A stretch of DNA of 64,000 nt. It comes from an uncultured cyanobacterium (GTDB lineage Bacteria; Cyanobacteriota; Cyanobacteriia; Cyanobacteriales; CAWCAG01). Position numbers and translations under genes: made by a program. The notes under the pieces are model-generated. The model was given only the letters and a program-made list of their open reading frames with translations. It had not been told where the DNA came from and made no database searches. Of the stretch, positions 61,017-64,000 are shown piece after piece. The stretch covers positions 1 to 64,000 of the forward strand of contig CAWDOD010000010.1 of the NCBI GenBank assembly GCA_963803805.1, in the 5' to 3' direction. Position 1 is the stretch's first letter, and every line of letters begins with the position of its first letter.

Positions 61017-61051
61017 ATCAAGTTTATTTGATATAACAACTTTGTTTGATA
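61017..61051. promoter_or_regulatory. Tandem ArsR operator repeats
   Basis: ATCAAGTTTATTTGATA and AACAACTTTGTTTGATA resemble the ATCAAG-N-TTGAT repeats of the Synechocystis ars promoter; they lie 40-70 nt upstream of acr3. Confidence 0.75.
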
Positions 61052-61325
61052 TAGCTATGCCAAATCGTTTGCTTCTAATCCAAAATCCTACTCCTAAAAA
61101 AGCCGTGGTGCTGGAGTTTTAGGAAATAGTCACCCCTTTAATAATCAATCAACGAAAATGATATAAGTTGCTTTATTAATATGTTTAGCTGTAGCTTTGT
61201 ACCTTTATTACGTCAATACATTTATACTAAATCAAAGAGCTGGCAAGGATAAAAATAGTTGGCTCTATACAGATGGTGTGCAGTAAAATTAATAAACACC
61301 ATATATAGCGTGTTGCTCCTTTTTT

Positions 61326-64000
61326 ATGTCTTTTGTTGGTTTACATATCCATAGTGACTATAGCCTTTTAGATGGCGCTTCCCAGCTTAATCCTTTGGTA
61401 GAAAGGGCTGTTGAGTTAGAAATGCCAGCGATCGCCCTGACAGATCACGGGGTTATGTATGGTGCGGTGGAATTAATTAAAGTATGCCGTAATAAGGGCA
61501 TCAAGCCAATAATTGGCAACGAAATGTATGTGATTAATGGCGAACTTGATGATAAGCGCAAGTTAAAAAAGTATCACCAAGTTGTTTTGGCAAAGAACAA
61601 ACAAGGTTATCAAAATTTAGTCAAACTAACCACAATTTCTCATTTACAAGGGTTTCGTGGTAATAAGTTATTTGGTAGACCTTGTATTAACAAAGAACTT
61701 TTAGAACAGTATCATGAAGGCTTAATTGTTACCAGTGCTTGTTTAGGGGGAGAAGTTCCCCAAGCAATATTAAGGCGAGATATCAAATTAGCTCGTAAGA
61801 CGGCTAAATGGTACAAGAAAGTTTTTGGGGAAGATTATTATTTAGAAATACAAGATCATGGTTCCCAAGAAGACCGGATTGTTAATGTTGAAATTATTAA
61901 AATTGCCCGTGAGTTAGATATTAAAATTATTGCAACTAACGACTCTCATTTTATTTCTTGTAATGATGTAGAAGCACATGACGCTTTATTGTGTATTCAA
62001 ACTAATAAATTAATCACCGAAGATAAGCGTTTACGTTATAGCGGGACGGAATATTTAAAATCAGCAGAAGAAATGGCTTTGTTGTTTCAAGATCATCTCC
62101 CTTCTGAGATAATTGAAGAGGCGATCGCTACTACTTTGGAAGTAGCCGAAAAGATTCGTCCTTACAAAATATTAGGAGAACCTCGCATTCCCGATTACCC
62201 TGTACCTTTAGAGCATACAGCAGATAGTTATTTAGAAAAGGTTACTTGGGAAGGTTTAAAAGAAAGATTAAAATGTCGCTCTTACTCAGAAATTGATTCT
62301 ACCTACAAAGAAAGGCTGGAATATGAGTTGAAAATGATGCAACGTATGGGCTTTTCCACTTATTTCTTGGTAGTTTGGGATTATATAAAATACGCTAGAG
62401 ATAATCATATTCCTGTCGGTCCTGGAAGAGGTTCAGCCGCCGGATCTTTAGTTGCTTATGCGTTAAAAATAACCAATATTGATCCAGTTCACCACGGCTT
62501 ATTATTTGAACGTTTCCTAAATCCTGAACGGAAATCAATGCCAGATATTGATACAGATTTTTGTATTGAAAGGCGAGATCAAGTTATTGAATATGTGACC
62601 CAAAAGTATGGCAAAGATAAGGTTGCCCAAATTATTACTTTTAACCGTATGACTTCCAAAGCGGTTTTAAAAGATGTGGCTAGGGTTTTGGCTATTCCCT
62701 ACGCAGAATCAGATCGTATGGCGAAATTAATTCCGGTAACAAGGGGAAAACCGGCGAAGTTAAAAGTAATGATTTCTGAAGATACTCCTGCACCAGAATT
62801 TAAAGAAAAATACGAACAAGATCCGCAAACTCGCCGTTGGTTAGATATGGCCATGCGTATTGAAGGTACGAACAAAACCTATGGTGTTCATGCTGCGGGA
62901 GTCGTAATTTCTTCTCAACCTTTAGATGAAGTTGTACCCTTACAAAAAAATAATGACGGGGCGGTAATCACTCAATATTTTATGGAAGATATTGAGTCTA
63001 TGGGTTTATTAAAAATGGACTTTTTAGGGTTAAAAAATTTAACCTTAATTCAAAGAAGCGCTGACTTAATCAAGGAGAATAGAGGGGATGAATTAAATTT
63101 AGATCAGCTACCTTTAGAAGAAAGAAAAGCTCTACAGATTTTAGAAAAAGGGACAATTAAAAAGCTACCTGATGATATTCAGAAAACCCATAAATTGTTA
63201 GAAAGAGGAGAATTAGAAGGTATTTTCCAACTCGAATCAGAAGGTATGCGCCAAATCGTTAGGGATTTGCGACCTTCTGGCATTGAAGATATTTCTTCTA
63301 TTTTGGCACTTTATCGACCAGGACCTTTAGATGCTGGTCTAATTCCCAAATTTATTAATCGCAAACATGGTCGTGAAAAAGTTGAATATCAACATCCTTT
63401 ATTAGAGCCAATTCTCAAAGAAACCTACGGAACTTTATGCTTCCAAGAACAAATCATGAAGATGGCTCAAGACCTAGCAGGGTACTCTTTAGGTCAAGCT
63501 GATTTATTACGCCGTGCTATGGGCAAAAAGAAGATTTCTGAGATGAAAAAACATCAGGAAATGTTTATAGATGGGGCCAGCAAAAATGGAGTTAAGCGTG
63601 TCATTGCCGAAGATTTATTTGGCCAAATGATTAAGTTTGCCGAATATTGTTTAAGCTACGAAACTAAGGTTTTAACAGTAGAATATGGCGCTATTGCTAT
63701 TGGAGAAATTGTTAAAGAAGGATTAGTTTGCCATGTTTATAGTGTCGATGAAAATGGCTTTATTTATACTCAACCAATTGCTCAATGGCACGATCGCGGA
63801 GAACAAGAAGTCTTTGAATATCTTTTAGAAGATGGCAATAAAATTAAAGCCACCCCAGACCATAAATTTATGATCCAGGATGGGACAATGCTACCTATTG
63901 AAGAGATATTTAGACAAGGATTAGATTTAAAGCAAGTTAATGGTCTTGGGGCTAAGCAAAGGGGAAATACAAAAGAAGATGCCGTTTTAGCCGAGAAAAA
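61326..64000 (+). CDS. dnaE: DNA polymerase III alpha subunit N-terminal half with split intein (3'-truncated by window edge)
   Basis: [27 protein letters not shown] and MPDIDTDF; 774-codon extein ending ...KFAEY; absent from the ORF track because there is no stop in the window. Confidence 0.97.
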   Translation, partial: MSFVGLHIHSDYSLLDGASQLNPLVERAVELEMPAIALTDHGVMYGAVELIKVCRNKGIKPIIGNEMYVINGELDDKRKLKKYHQVVLAKNKQGYQNLVKLTTISHLQGFRGNKLFGRPCINKELLEQYHEGLIVTSACLGGEVPQAILRRDIKLARKTAKWYKKVFGEDYYLEIQDHGSQEDRIVNVEIIKIARELDIKIIATNDSHFISCNDVEAHDALLCIQTNKLITEDKRLRYSGTEYLKSAEEMALLFQDHLPSEIIEEAIATTLEVAEKIRPYKILGEPRIPDYPVPLEHTADSYLEKVTWEGLKERLKCRSYSEIDSTYKERLEYELKMMQRMGFSTYFLVVWDYIKYARDNHIPVGPGRGSAAGSLVAYALKITNIDPVHHGLLFERFLNPERKSMPDIDTDFCIERRDQVIEYVTQKYGKDKVAQIITFNRMTSKAVLKDVARVLAIPYAESDRMAKLIPVTRGKPAKLKVMISEDTPAPEFKEKYEQDPQTRRWLDMAMRIEGTNKTYGVHAAGVVISSQPLDEVVPLQKNNDGAVITQYFMEDIESMGLLKMDFLGLKNLTLIQRSADLIKENRGDELNLDQLPLEERKALQILEKGTIKKLPDDIQKTHKLLERGELEGIFQLESEGMRQIVRDLRPSGIEDISSILALYRPGPLDAGLIPKFINRKHGREKVEYQHPLLEPILKETYGTLCFQEQIMKMAQDLAGYSLGQADLLRRAMGKKKISEMKKHQEMFIDGASKNGVKRVIAEDLFGQMIKFAEYCLSYETKVLTVEYGAIAIGEIVKEGLVCHVYSVDENGFIYTQPIAQWHDRGEQEVFEYLLEDGNKIKATPDHKFMIQDGTMLPIEEIFRQGLDLKQVNGLGAKQRGNTKEDAVLAEK
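63648..64000 (+). other. DnaE split intein, N-fragment
   Basis: [14 protein letters not shown]...[13 protein letters not shown]...ATPDHKFM...LPIEEIF..GLDL. Confidence 0.96.

Larger units (their letters stand above)
713..62129. repeat. HIP1 octamer GCGATCGC dispersed throughout the window
   Basis: About 25-30 copies by eye, e.g. near 713, 4318, 8801, 17884, 30495, 46856 and 62122. Confidence 0.9.

Overview
AT-rich cyanobacterial chromosomal window. The assignment rests on about 25-30 HIP1 GCGATCGC sites counted by eye, heptamer STRR runs, hli, zds and a split-intein dnaE-N. Most of it is housekeeping or envelope genes: GT2s, dps, an Rcp1-like regulator with two hybrid kinases, tRNA-Gln, hli with an HLR1 box, rbfA, GH3, pyrC-like, zds, GH38, hpsE, gdhA, acr3-arsC with ArsR operators, and dnaE-N running off the right edge. 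Two accessory conflict-type spots stand out. (1) At 34.3-36.9 kb, a caspase-family (C14) protease with an intact His/Cys dyad has a C-terminal ~125 aa that resembles by eye a phycobiliprotein globin-fold domain lacking the bilin Cys. It is divergent from a Trypco1-like gene and convergent with two unannotated small coiled-coil ORFs that share an FRRRxL motif. (2) At 1.7-6.7 kb, an orphan Lhr/Shango-SngC-like helicase sits with a 37-aa amphipathic toxin-like ORF and an HTH-NACHT protein carrying a pyrimidine-rich repeat tract. An ~80-bp non-coding element with an extended -10 promoter occurs twice, 57.7 kb apart (candidate sRNA family). Two single-base frameshifts may be real or assembly errors. 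All family calls come from motif recognition by eye; no searches were run.
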